From Macrostomum lignano (Eukaryota): DNA of 64,000 nt. Where the stretch lies: the NCBI GenBank assembly GCA_002269645.1, contig NIVC01000029.1:62001-126000 (forward strand). The letters are read 5' to 3'. How positions within the stretch are numbered: the stretch's first letter is position 1; every line of letters starts with the position of its first letter. The translations under genes and the position numbers were made by a program. Under the pieces are notes generated by a model, which made no database searches, was not told the DNA's origin, and was given only the letters and a program-made list of their open reading frames with translations. Shown one piece after another: positions 35,907 to 46,966 of this stretch.

Positions 35907-36324
35907 AAACTAAAAGTACATACTTCTCAGTTTGACTGATGATACACTTTAAGGCTAATCACTGTGTAAAACTTTATACCTTTTAATTGTCGTTTAGTTA
36001 TCGAGAAACGCTTTCCAGCATGTCTTCTTTTACCTGTAGCTTAATTTCTATTTAAATCATTTCAAGGACGTTTCAAGGACTAACAAAATTTTACTGAAGT
36101 CTTTGCAAAGTGCTCATTGTCAGATTTTTTTACCTGTTGTTGATTAATGTTAAAATTTTGCGATGCACTCACTATACATCGATCATTTGCGAAATGTTTT
36201 GAATTGCTTCCGAAAAAATAAAATAACAAAATTTAGCTAAATTACGATTATTTCAAAATTGTAAAGATATTTTTCCGTTTTTCTAAAGAATTTCCATAAA
36301 TTTAGGTCAATATATCTACTGTAC

Positions 36325-36600
36325 AGTGTAAACCAGTTTCCGCAGTCAATCTACCAACTGTAAACCAGTTTCCGCAGTCAATCTACCAACTGTACACCAG
36401 TTTCCGCAGTCAATCTACCCACTGTACACCAGTTTCCGCAGTCAATCTACCAACTGTACACCAGTTCCGCAGTCAATCTACCAACTGTACACCAGTTTCC
36501 GCAGTCAATCTACCAACTGTACACCAGTTTCCGCAGTCAATCTACCAACTGTACACCAGTTTCCGCAGTCAATCTACCAATTGAAAACCAGTTTCCCCCA
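36325..36600. repeat. 32-bp minisatellite (TGTACACCAGTTTCCGCAGTCAATCTACCAAC) between convergent genes
   Basis: About 8.5 copies; 32-bp spacing checked (36333, 36365). Confidence 0.95.
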
Positions 36601-37239
36601 GTCAGTTTAGCTTGTACCTACTGTACAATAGTCTGCTGTCTTAAAATTTACCATCACAAACGTGTTTACCGAAATAACAAAAGACCCAGCAATATTAATA
36701 TGTACGCTTTCTCTGCTGAGTATATTTGTGCGTACAAGTATTGCACTTATACCTGAGCGCGTTGAGCAATACAAAACTAAAACCAAAATTGAAACCAAAA
36801 AGGAAGACACAAATCACCAAAGATTCATAAATAACCGTCACCGAAAGTTGCTAAAAGTTTTAGCCAGTGAATCGTCAGTCCGGTCATTAGTTACGTACGT
36901 TTGTTGATTATTAAATTAAATTAGATAAAGCTTTGACAAGAACAGGTAGACAAGAATTTCATACTCCAGCATCAGCTCATGCAGTATGGACTTATCAGAA
37001 ATCCATGAGATTCATTTATCTTTGACCCTCGTCTGAATGAACTCCAAGATATTTTTCTGCATAAAAATCAATACACAGTTAGTTACGCCTCTTCGAGTAT
37101 GAAAAATCAAATACCGTCTTTAAGGAAAATCAGTTCGAAGTTAACAAGTACCCTTTTTGTAACATTGCACTTAATATTATTTGAAAAAGTCGATAGTTCA
37201 AACGAAGTTCAAGCATTAGGAAGACACGCGATGCGTTGC

Positions 37240-40200
37240 TCACTGTAGCCTGGAGCGCTTGCTCACAGGCGAGGTTGGCACTGGCGAAATTGTCGAGGCG
37301 CCAGACGCTGCAGCAGCAGTGGGTACAGTCGGTGGAATCTCTGTCGGCGATCCGTTGCTAGCCGATGTCAGTCGCTTCCGTTGCTGGCCGATGCAGAAAG
37401 CTGTCGGGCTGGTTGGCCGCATCTCGTCAGTCACCAGGCTCTCGTATTCGGCAATGTACGGCGCCACAGTCTGCCAGACTTTCTCGCTGCGGAGTAGCGC
37501 CGTGGCGGCAACAATGTCTGGCGCCATGTAGCGGTCGCGCTCCCAGGCTGGCACCTTTTCTCGGACTAGGCGGTAAACCGCCTCAAGGGGTGCGGTGGTT
37601 TTCAACGGACGCAAGAACTCCATGGCCTGGCAAGCCGCTAGGAGCTCGATGGCCAGTACTTGTTCGACGTGTTCAACAACGCGTAGACTCTTGCGAGCGG
37701 AGAAGCCGCCCATGCTGACGTGGTCTTCCTGTCCGGCGCTGGTGGATAGTGAGTCCACGCTGGACGGATGGCACAGCACCTTGTTCTCAGAGGCTGTTGT
37801 GGCGAGTGTAGAAGACAATGAATTGGTTGCATATTGAATGAAAGATTTTTGCCGGTTTAAGATGGGTTTTTACATCGTTGTATTGTCTCTCTCCCTTGAC
37901 TTTCCCCGTGTCTTTTGTCTGTCTCTCCCCGTGTCTTTTGTCTGTCTCTCCCCGTGTATTTCGTCTGTCTCTCCCCGTGTCTTTTGTCAGTCCCTCCCCA
38001 TGTCTTTCGTCTGTCTCTCTCCCCGTGTCTTTTGTCTGTCTCTCCCCGTGTATTATGTCTGTCTCTCCCCATGTCCTTTGTCTGTCTCTCCCCATGTCTT
38101 TCGTCTGTCTCTCTCCCCGTGTCTATTGTCTGTCTCTCCCCGTGTCTTTTGTCTGTCTCTCCCCGTGTCTTTTGTCTGTCTCTCCCCGTGTCTTTCGTCT
38201 GTCTCTCTCCCCGTGTCTTTTGTCTGTCTCTCCCCGTGTCTTTTGTCTGTCTCTCCCCGTGTCTTTTGTCTGTCTCTCCCCGTGTATTTCGTCTGTCTCT
38301 CCCCGTGTCTTTTGTCAGTCCCTCCCCATGTCCTTTGTCTGTCTCTCCCCATGTCTTTCGTCTGTCTCTCTCCCCGTGTCTATTGTCTGTCTCTCCCCGT
38401 GTCTTTTGTCTGTCTCTCCCCATGTCCTTTGTCTGTCTCTCCCCGTGTCTTTTGTCTGTCTCTCCTCGTGTATTTTGTCTGTCAATCTCTTGTGTTTTTT
38501 GTCTTTATTAATTAGCTTTGAGTCTATACGAGACCCTGATCACCAGTTCGTTTTCAATTCAGCTAGTATCAAGTGTGAGGTAAATAGGGACCTCAGTGTG
38601 TCAAGGATCAACATGTAGGATTTGACTGCCGACAATTAAGTCTAGGGTTTAGGCTACCTTTAGGATTTAGTTCCACAGCCAGTTTTCATGGACCTCAACT
38701 ATTGTAGGCATTTTTTAGGTTTGTTTGAGTTTTAAGGTTAGGACGCGGACTGACTTACTTAAAGACGCAGCAGTGCAGTGGGCTATCATGAAGCCGGAAT
38801 TCAGGCCTCCGTCCTTAACCAGAAAGGCGGGCAGTCCGCTGTAGGCTAAAATAGTTTAACTTAGTATTTCGTCACGCTGCTCCATGACCAAACGTGTTAG
38901 CTGACTTTCATGCAATCACAGTTGAACTTACTGGGATTCATGAGTCTCTCGGTTCGCCTCTCAGAGATGTTGGCCAGCTCGTGCACCCCAATGGCGAGGT
39001 AATCCAAGGCTTTAGCCGGATATTCGCCGTGAAAATTACCAGCGGAAATGATTTCGCCTCGACTGGCAAGGACCATCTGCCGGAGTAAAGTTGTGGATGA
39101 GTTTTGTGGTGCAGTGAGTGTGGGTTAAAGTGGTTCCTGGATTTTGGGCGAGTGTGTGTATTGAGTACGTTTGTACTAAGACAACTTACTACAGTTACTT
39201 GTCTCCATAAGGTATGGTTACTGTTGTTTTGTAGATTCCGTAGATCACTGTTGTTACCACTCGCAGTCTAGAGTTTTCGTTAATAAAAACCTGTCGCTAA
39301 GCAAACTTCTAGTCCCTGAGTACAGTCAAAGTTGGTAAATCAAATAACCATGGACAACTAAAGAAAAGGGACGCTATATGCTACCGGAAAGAAATCAGGG
39401 ATTCTTCGGGAATCTTTTACCCGACAGAACCTCATCGCCTAGATCAAATAAAGTGAAAAGTGTTCACCCAGTTCACTAACCGGATTATCAGTCGCGCTGT
39501 TAAGCTCGGTAAGAATGATGTTGTGCGCAAACTGTATGGTATCCTGGGTAATTCCGTGCACCTGAGGGCAGCAGCGCAGTGTATAGGCGTCTTGCACTTT
39601 GTTGCAGAATCTGTGCGAGGCGGCAATCTCAGATTTGAACACGTGGTTGCTCAGCAGAGCGCGAAATCTTCCAGCCACTTCCACTTGGCCGGGGTGACGG
39701 CGGACGGCGTGAATGTCCGAATCGAATGCTCGACTCGTGCCTTTAAGCACTTCAAGTGACAGAGCTGCCACCACGTCCGCCTGACGGGCGATGGCCTCGC
39801 AACGTTCAACCGCTGGAGTTTAAGAGAAAAAGGAAAATCCTCTTAGCTCAAACCATGAGCAGCTGTGCTATATTTTTAGCTAATTAAAATAATGTTCGAT
39901 TATTAAAGACTCAATGCAGGAATGGATAATGCGTCTGAATCTCGTGCTAAGCTCAACCCTCAAGGCACAAAACCTGTATACCTGTCGGAAAATGTGAAAT
40001 GCAAGGACAACTGAAGTAGAAGGACGCCATGCTCAATTTTATTAGAAATCAGCTGCAACTAGTAAGGAGCATATATTTATGTATCGGTGGCGCATTTAGT
40101 AGCGCTCTGGAGAACGCAAAGCGCTAAACGGGGTTAAATAGGGTCAGCAAAATGAACAGAACTGCTGGTCTCTTTACTACTGGTCTCTACTTGGCTCACC

Positions 40201-42250
40201 TTCAGCCCCTAGCGACGTAATAAGCTGAGTGCCATTGATCAGAGCCAGGCCTTCCTTCGGTTTCAGCCTCAGCGGTGTCAAGCCGTTTGCCTCCAGAACG
40301 AACCGGGCATCGGCCCAGCCGCTTTTCGGACTCCACATGATGCCTTCGCCCAGCATGCCTAGAGCCAGGTGGCTCAGCGGCGCCAGATCGCCGGAGGCGC
40401 CAACAGTGCCCTGCTCGGGAACCCACGGCAGGCAGGAGGCGTTGAACGCGTCGACCAGCTTCTGCAGAGTCTCCGGCGAGATGCCGCTGAACCCCTTGGC
40501 CAGGATGTTGATGCGCAACGAGAGCAGCATTCTGGTGCGCTCCGGAGAGAGCGGCTTGCCGACACCGGCAGCGTGAGAGCGGATCAAATTCTCCTGCAGC
40601 TCCTGTCAGCAATTATAGATTTCTTCTTGAATTTAAAATTCATTTACGACACTATTCAAGTACGTATAGCAGTAAAGGGATGTCATTTTTTCCTTCTCTA
40701 AGGACGATTCAAACCCAAAATTGTACTGCCTTGTGTCTGTCTTAGCGTAAAAATAACTCCCCAATAAAAATGAATAGACAAAATCTATTTCAAATTTACA
40801 AGTTCAAAGGTCGGTTAGCCATAACTCAGCATCATATAGTGTACCTGAAGCTTTTCTTTCTCAATCACAACGCTCGCGAATCGGCCAAATCCTGTGGTGA
40901 CTCCATAGACAGCTGCAATCGAATAAACGGGTTTTTTAGCGTTTTCCCGGTATTTTATTAAAGTATTTAGGGAACTTTAGTGTGCAATTTCAAATTCGAC
41001 CTACTTTGATTTGTTGCAACGATTTCGTCTACAACAGCCCTAGCGGCGGACACAGCGGCCCAAGCTTCTTCCGAGAGCTAAAATGCGTACAATAAATACA
41101 ATTCTGAAGAGTTTTCCGAAGTGCTTGCAAACAAATCACCATCAAAATCTTACCTCAATCCTGTACTTTCCCCTACCCAGCTGTACTAGGTGTTTAGTTG
41201 TCAAGCTGTTGCCATCGAGTACCAGAGATTCTACTGGAGACATGTGATGAACGTGGGGTGCAGAGCTGAAAATTAAGCAATTTAAAGCATTGCAATGCGA
41301 ATTTCTTTCAAAAAATAGGCATAGAGATGTGCCACCTGTCATTCAAGTTTAACAAAAACATCACTTACGCCAACGAGCTGCTGTAAAGCGGATCGCCATC
41401 GCACGCGAACCCGCTAGAAATGTTGACGTTTGTTGTACTGCTCTGAAGGTCGCTCTCTAAAACTGTATATTTAGCAATTCAATTGGTTAAACAAAGCAGC
41501 GCAGAGTTTAGGAATAATATTAACTACTGACTTGCAGTATACGAATCGAAAATTCACTGCAATTATCTTAGCGTTAATTAGATTTGAAAGAATATACTCG
41601 TCCACTACCTAAGAGCTACCGGTCGTGCGACCATCCACCTCCATGGACTCTCCGGAGGAGGACCTCGCTACGGACGTCCGGCACCACCGGATCAGCTCCC
41701 TGCGCGTCACCGCAGCACCAGCTGCCGTGGTCGCCAGGGATCAGCGGAATGGGCGTAGACGCCTCCCCGCAGTATCCGGATGCCCGGAACCCCTGAAGCT
41801 AATTCAAAGTAAGTCACGATTTGAAAGAAACGGATTCGATCTCAAACGACGCACAGCCTTGTACGTGCGAGCTGGAAAGGCTTTTGATTTCCCTCAAACT
41901 CAATTTATGAAGTAATCATAAAACTACATAATGAACACCCCGAGTCATATAACTACATAATGAATCCACTGAGGCGTAACAGCTACTAAGATTGCACAAT
42001 AGCGTTCTGGTCACTCACTGACAGTGATGTACTCTTCATCGGTCAGCACAGAGACAATCTTGTCCTCAGGATGCAGAATTGCTCCATTCTTGGTCTTCTT
42101 TATCTGGAAGACTTTCTCAGGTCTGTTGACGTGCGACGGCGGCTGCAGCGCGCTGTACCGTCGAACAGCTTCTTCTCCGAGCCAACGGACCGTCTCCTTG
42201 GCAACGGGCACCGTGAGCCATTCGGCTCGTACTCGGACAAAAATCTTCAT
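37240..42250 (-). CDS. HAL: Histidine ammonia-lyase (histidase), 10 exons, 699 aa
   Basis: Exons (-) 42250-42019, 41462-41369, 41265-41154, 41077-41005, 40912-40845, 40602-40200, 39812-39481, 39076-38932, 38845-38759, 37793-37240; 2100 nt with consistent phases. Animal-type N-terminal domain ([23 protein letters not shown]), [23 protein letters not shown] motif [43 protein letters not shown]. Confidence 0.97.
37880..38480. repeat. 23-25-bp CT-rich minisatellite in HAL intron 9
   Basis: CCCCGTGTCTTTTGTCTGTCTCT units, ~25 copies. Confidence 0.95.
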
Positions 42251-43850
42251 AACGGACGCAGTGCTCTTTTTTTAATCCGACGACAAACTTTTTTTGTTTA
42301 TCCGGCAGCTAACTTCAAATGTCTTCAGGGTTTTGTCAGCCGGGGATCGGGAGCAAAAGCTTCTTTTATAATAAGAATTGGCTCCAAGTCAGCCCAAGTG
42401 TTTAGGCCAGTATGGCCGAGCGGTTAAGTGGAAATTACCGGTTTGATCCGGGATATGGGAGTGGAAACTAACCGGGACCACAACCACGTGATTGGGAAAG
42501 GGTAGGGGAGAGACAGCGGGATTAAGAGGTTAGCTCACACAATGCTCTTGCTTGATCGAACCTGATCAAGGCAATAAATAATGACACCGTCAGTGGAAGA
42601 GACAGGCCAAGGTTAACAGACAATTTTCTTTGCCGCCACACCCCCCATGCACATTGGGGGGGGGTGCTGCACCTGCTTTGGATTCCTGCATTGACTCGTG
42701 CAAACTCTTGTTCTAAGCCGCATAGACTCAAATTGACTGTATAGGTTCGTAAATGAGCGACCAACCCATAAACCAAGTAGCTACTCAAAGCTGCTAATAC
42801 TGTCGAACTCAAGGCTGTTTTGCACTCACCAACGTGCGTTCACAAATTATTACATGCTTTTGCATCCGAAAGTTCTAATCGGTAATACGTCTACCCATGA
42901 ACTGCTTTGGAAAATTTTGGTTATTTACATGTAACTACTGACACTAGTTTTGTCATGAAATTAATCATTTTCTATTATTTGTACAAGCTAATCTGGCGGC
43001 AATGCCTTTGTCAAGCGATCACTGGATTTGATTAATAAAAACAAAATGAAGTGCAAAAATATTGCTGCAATATCTGTGATTGTTAAGGCTCAAGTGAGGC
43101 GTACAAAAATTGGTTTCATTTGAGGTCACCTAAAACGCGGCTCCCAACTAACGCATTCCAAGAAATCCTTTATGCCCTAGGACTGCGAGATCGAAGATCC
43201 CTTACGAGAATAAGACCTGCCCAAAGTTCCATCGAGGTTAGAAAGTGAAGTTCACTGGTCTGTTTAAGTGCAGTTGGAACTTTTGTGGTGCTCTCCGTGA
43301 TAAATTTGAACAGATAATCACAGATATGGTTTAGAATTTTAAAAACCTTACCCTTACTGCAGAAGATAAAGCATTTTACTCAATGACTCAAGAAGTTCGA
43401 TGACATGACACAAACTAGAATGTAACTGCTCCGAGGCTTTATCTTGGCTTCATTAATAAGCTTTGAAATACTCTGTTTGCGCACGAGATTGAACTCTCTC
43501 GTTACAACAAAAAACATATTTTGTTCTATTAATTTGGTTGCCCCAAAATGTACAAGTAAATGTGTAGTAGTTTTTTAATTCAACAGTGTCCTATCTACAT
43601 GTAGTTATTGCCATTCAGGCAACCATTTTCCAAGATAAATATGCTAGAAAACGTAGCAACTGGGTTAAAGCGTTTTTATGACGTATAATATAATAATAAA
43701 TTATATTTCGTCATAATTATTGCAGTTGCAACAAGGAAGGTATAATCGAGTAATAACAAACTTTCTTAAACAACTGTGAAACCCGTGCCAAAAACGAGGT
43801 TGTTAGTTTCAAAGGTCAATTAATCAATAACAATTGCTCAAACTATCGAA

Positions 43851-45193
43851 TCACTTCCTGCTGCTGCACCGGATGTGGTACAGGGTGCTAGCGTCCTGCA
43901 GGTAGGGATCCGAGCCCTCGACGCACTGGCACCGGGTGCCCTGGAGTTGCATAACCTGACCAGGCTCGTAGAACACCATGCGACCCTGCTCCTCGCTCCA
44001 GTCTTCGCAGCCGTTAAGCCGGCAGATCCACTGCAGCTGGTTGCTACGCTGTCCCATGATGTAGGAGTAGCCGCACTCGCACAGCCTGTTGCCCTCGGTC
44101 TTGGTGGCGCCTTCGGAGCTGCACACTCCGCCGCAGTGGCCGGCGCTGATCAAGCTGAAGTTTCAGTGTTGGAGCAAGGACTGTGTGTGAAAACTTAAGC
44201 ATCCATTTTTGCAGGTCAATTGTGTTCAACAATAGAACAAAACTCTGTTCTTTCATTTAGTAGGCGTGCTTGGCTAGTGGGGTAGCATGCGCTTCATGTG
44301 TACTCAGTAACATGGAAAAGTCGCCATCACAGTAGATTCGGTCTGTGTTCGCCACTTTTGAGAGTGCAGGCAAAGTCTCTCAATCTTTGCGAGTGACGCA
44401 GCTCAGCTACGCCGCTGCAGACTTGAGTTGAGAAATAAAGTGAGGGAGCGGTGTGCGAGGGCCGCTGTGCACCCTGTGTGAGCGTGTGTATGAGTTCGTG
44501 CCTGTGTACAGCATTAGCGCGCTTTGTACATGTGCTCAGGAGCAGCGGAATGGGCCGGAAGAATCGCCGTCAGCGCTGCATGGTTGCTTAGGGGGGCCGT
44601 AGCCCAGCGGTCTAGCGCAGGCTCTGGTGTGCCAGCGACTCAGGCTCGATTCCAAGTGCAGTCACATTAATTTGGGGCTGAATTGGAATCTCGGCTTGGC
44701 TCTGCTCGTGCAATTAACGGCCTTGAGAGCCAACCCCCCAAGGCGCAGCAGTGAAGTGTACATGCCTAACGATAAAATAAAGTTAGGGCCGCTGTACACT
44801 CCTGTGTGAGTGTGTGCCTGCGTACGTATCCGCGCGCTTGTATGCCTGCTCAGGGGAGTCGGCGGAATGGGCAGTAATGCCTCTCGCCGGTTGTGTGCCA
44901 ATGTCGCTTAAAGTGCGCCAGGGTGCACACAACCCCCCTGCCTCTAATAAAATGCATGGTTGCTTGAGACAATATCACCAAAGACGTTGCGCGGGCCAGG
45001 GTGCCCGCTGCGCGTCAATCAAATAATATTGAGTTAACCTCAGTAGGCTTGAAGCTGTTTAACATCGATTGAGAATCGTATTAGAGAAGCAATGAAAGGG
45101 TGCATATGCAGACCTAATACTTAGGGATGAGAGAGATATAACTTACCAAGCCAGCACGATGAGAGCAACTCCGCAAGCTAGCATTCGATTCAT
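43851..45193 (-). CDS. Small secreted Cys-rich protein, 2 exons, 116 aa, with two C-xn-CxC-xn-C modules (FN1/VWC-like)
   Basis: Exon 1 45193-45147 (MNRMLACGVALIVLA, donor GTAAGT, phase 2) joins exon 2 44154-43851 (acceptor CTTCAG) in frame: ..CLISAGHCGGVCSSEG..LCECG..WICRLNGCEDW..FYEPGQ..RCQCVEG..IRCSSRK*. Confidence 0.8.
44270..45030 (+). mobile_element. Older diverged SINE copy, interrupted by the younger copy at 44590-44952
   Basis: 44455-44570 is similar to the SINE body (AGGGCCGCTGTGCACCCTGTGTGAG..GCTCAGG..GCGGAATGGGC); degenerate A-box-like head near 44270. Confidence 0.55.
44590..44952 (+). mobile_element. tRNA-derived SINE with 13-bp TSD
   Basis: Head GGGGCCGTAGCCCAGCGGTCTAGCGC (A box) and B box GGCTCGATTCC (44643-44653); tail TAATAAAA; TSD TGCATGGTTGCTT at 44577-44589 and 44953-44965. 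Confidence 0.85.
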
Positions 45194-45767
45194 TCTGCTT
45201 AAAAAAATTCGCGTAGTTTGGGCTTCTGAAATTGAGTCAAAAGTTAAAATATATATCTATAAGCAAAGTTCGCTTTTATAGTTAGCCTATGTAAGTTGAA
45301 GCCAAAGAGTATCGAGCAACCAGAAATGCATTCCATGAATTCCAATCATGCAATGAATTCCGATTATCCGATCATCCGATATTCTTTGGTTAGACCAACA
45401 TATTTTACAAGCCATCTCTAGCAAGACTACTCTCTGTTCAGTGCTATGAGCGTAAAAAGCAACACACTTCAAATAGCTCCACACGCTAGTGTATTTTGAT
45501 CCACTGTCAGGCTTGGCGAAATATAAGAGTTGAAAGCGGCGAAGGGACAAAAGTAGCTAACAATCATTTTCTCCAATTTTTTTGTCAAGATAAAAAATAA
45601 AAAGGAAATATACGCCTATATGCTACTGGAAAGAGATCAGTAGCAAGTCAAATTGACGCTAGAAGATTGTGCTAATTGGGAACAATCTAGGGTATTTAGT
45701 ATCTGTGGTCGGACCAAACATTAACCCGAATTCCTAGCTTATTACTTAGGAATTAGACAATTGGTCG

Positions 45768-46130
45768 ACGGGGCCTAGTGGTCTACTTGGCGCTCTTGGA
45801 GCTCTTATGTCGCAGCGGCCCAGGCTCGATTCCAAGTGCAGTCACATTCATTTGGGGCAAAATTGGAATCTCGGCTTGGCTCTGCTCGTGCAAATAACGG
45901 CCTTGAGAACCAACCCCCAAGGCACAGTGAAGTGTACATGCCTAACGATAAATAAAGTTAGGGCCGCTGTACACTCCTGTGTGAGTGCGTGCCTCTGCGT
46001 ATGACTGCGTACGTATCCGCGCGCTTGTGTGCCTGCTCAGGGGAGTCGGCGGAATGGGCAGTGATGCCTCTCGCCGGTTGTGTGACAATGTCGCTTGAAG
46101 TGCGCCAGGCCGCACACAACCCCTGCCTCC
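45768..46130 (+). mobile_element. Second copy of the same tRNA-derived SINE
   Basis: A-box-like GGGCCTAGTGG and B box GGCTCGATTCC; ~300 bp highly similar to 44640-44940. Confidence 0.85.
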
Positions 46131-46966
46131 AGCCACCTTAAATTGGTCTATGGTCGAAGCTACCTACTGCAAATCTTGACATGAGAAATATCGATATTGA
46201 ACTTACTTGACTGCCGAAATTCGTTCAAAAGGTAAAGGCCTATGTTTAACGAACAGGATCGCTTGGCTCCGGCCTGACAGTTTCCATTCCTATATTTATA
46301 CACCCGTTGCAGAGGCCGCTCAAAATTTATGACATCTGCGTTGTTTCGCGTGTAAACAGGGCAATTTGTGAAACAAAAAATATTTTCTGCGTCATTAAAA
46401 CGGGTCTAATTTTTTTGCGCTTTCGTGCAGTGTTTAATTTTCTGTCGGGATAAAAAGCAACAAAATTCGGGCTAATCAATTTCCTGACTATAATAGCTTC
46501 ATATGTGAAAGAACAATTAGGGTTAATTATTGCAACTCGACCGCGCTATTTAGCTTCTGCAACCAACTTCCATCATTAATCGTTGATTTCCGTTTGTGTT
46601 CGATCGAAAACAAACTATTTTTTTCTATGCACCGAAAATATCAAATGCCTGTTGAAGTTGCTACAAATTAGCTCGATCATTATATTAAACGTATCACGTG
46701 CTTCATGCTTGGCAGTGGCAGTTTCGGCAGAAAAATAGAAGCAAAACCCAAAACTCACAACCCACTGGACCTATGCAGCAACTAACTCTTAGCACGTGAT
46801 CAATTAGTCAACTAGGATGACCTTGATATTTTAATTCGAATCTTTAATCTCGTTGAAAGTTCTCTAGATTTGTAAGGCTGATACGAGCGCAGCAGATGCG
46901 AATTCCATATTACTCGTATCAGTAGGAACAGTATTGATCCGTGAAATGCTGAATTTCCTTGCTGTT

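Noticed and set aside
37240-42250. Horizontal acquisition of HAL from bacteria
   Set aside because: It has the animal-type N-terminal domain, nine spliceosomal introns and close motif identity with animal histidases.
42405-42455. tRNA-like GGCCAGTATGGCCGAGCGGTTAAG upstream of HAL
   Set aside because: Only A-box-like and weak B-box-like motifs; no cloverleaf. At most a SINE remnant.
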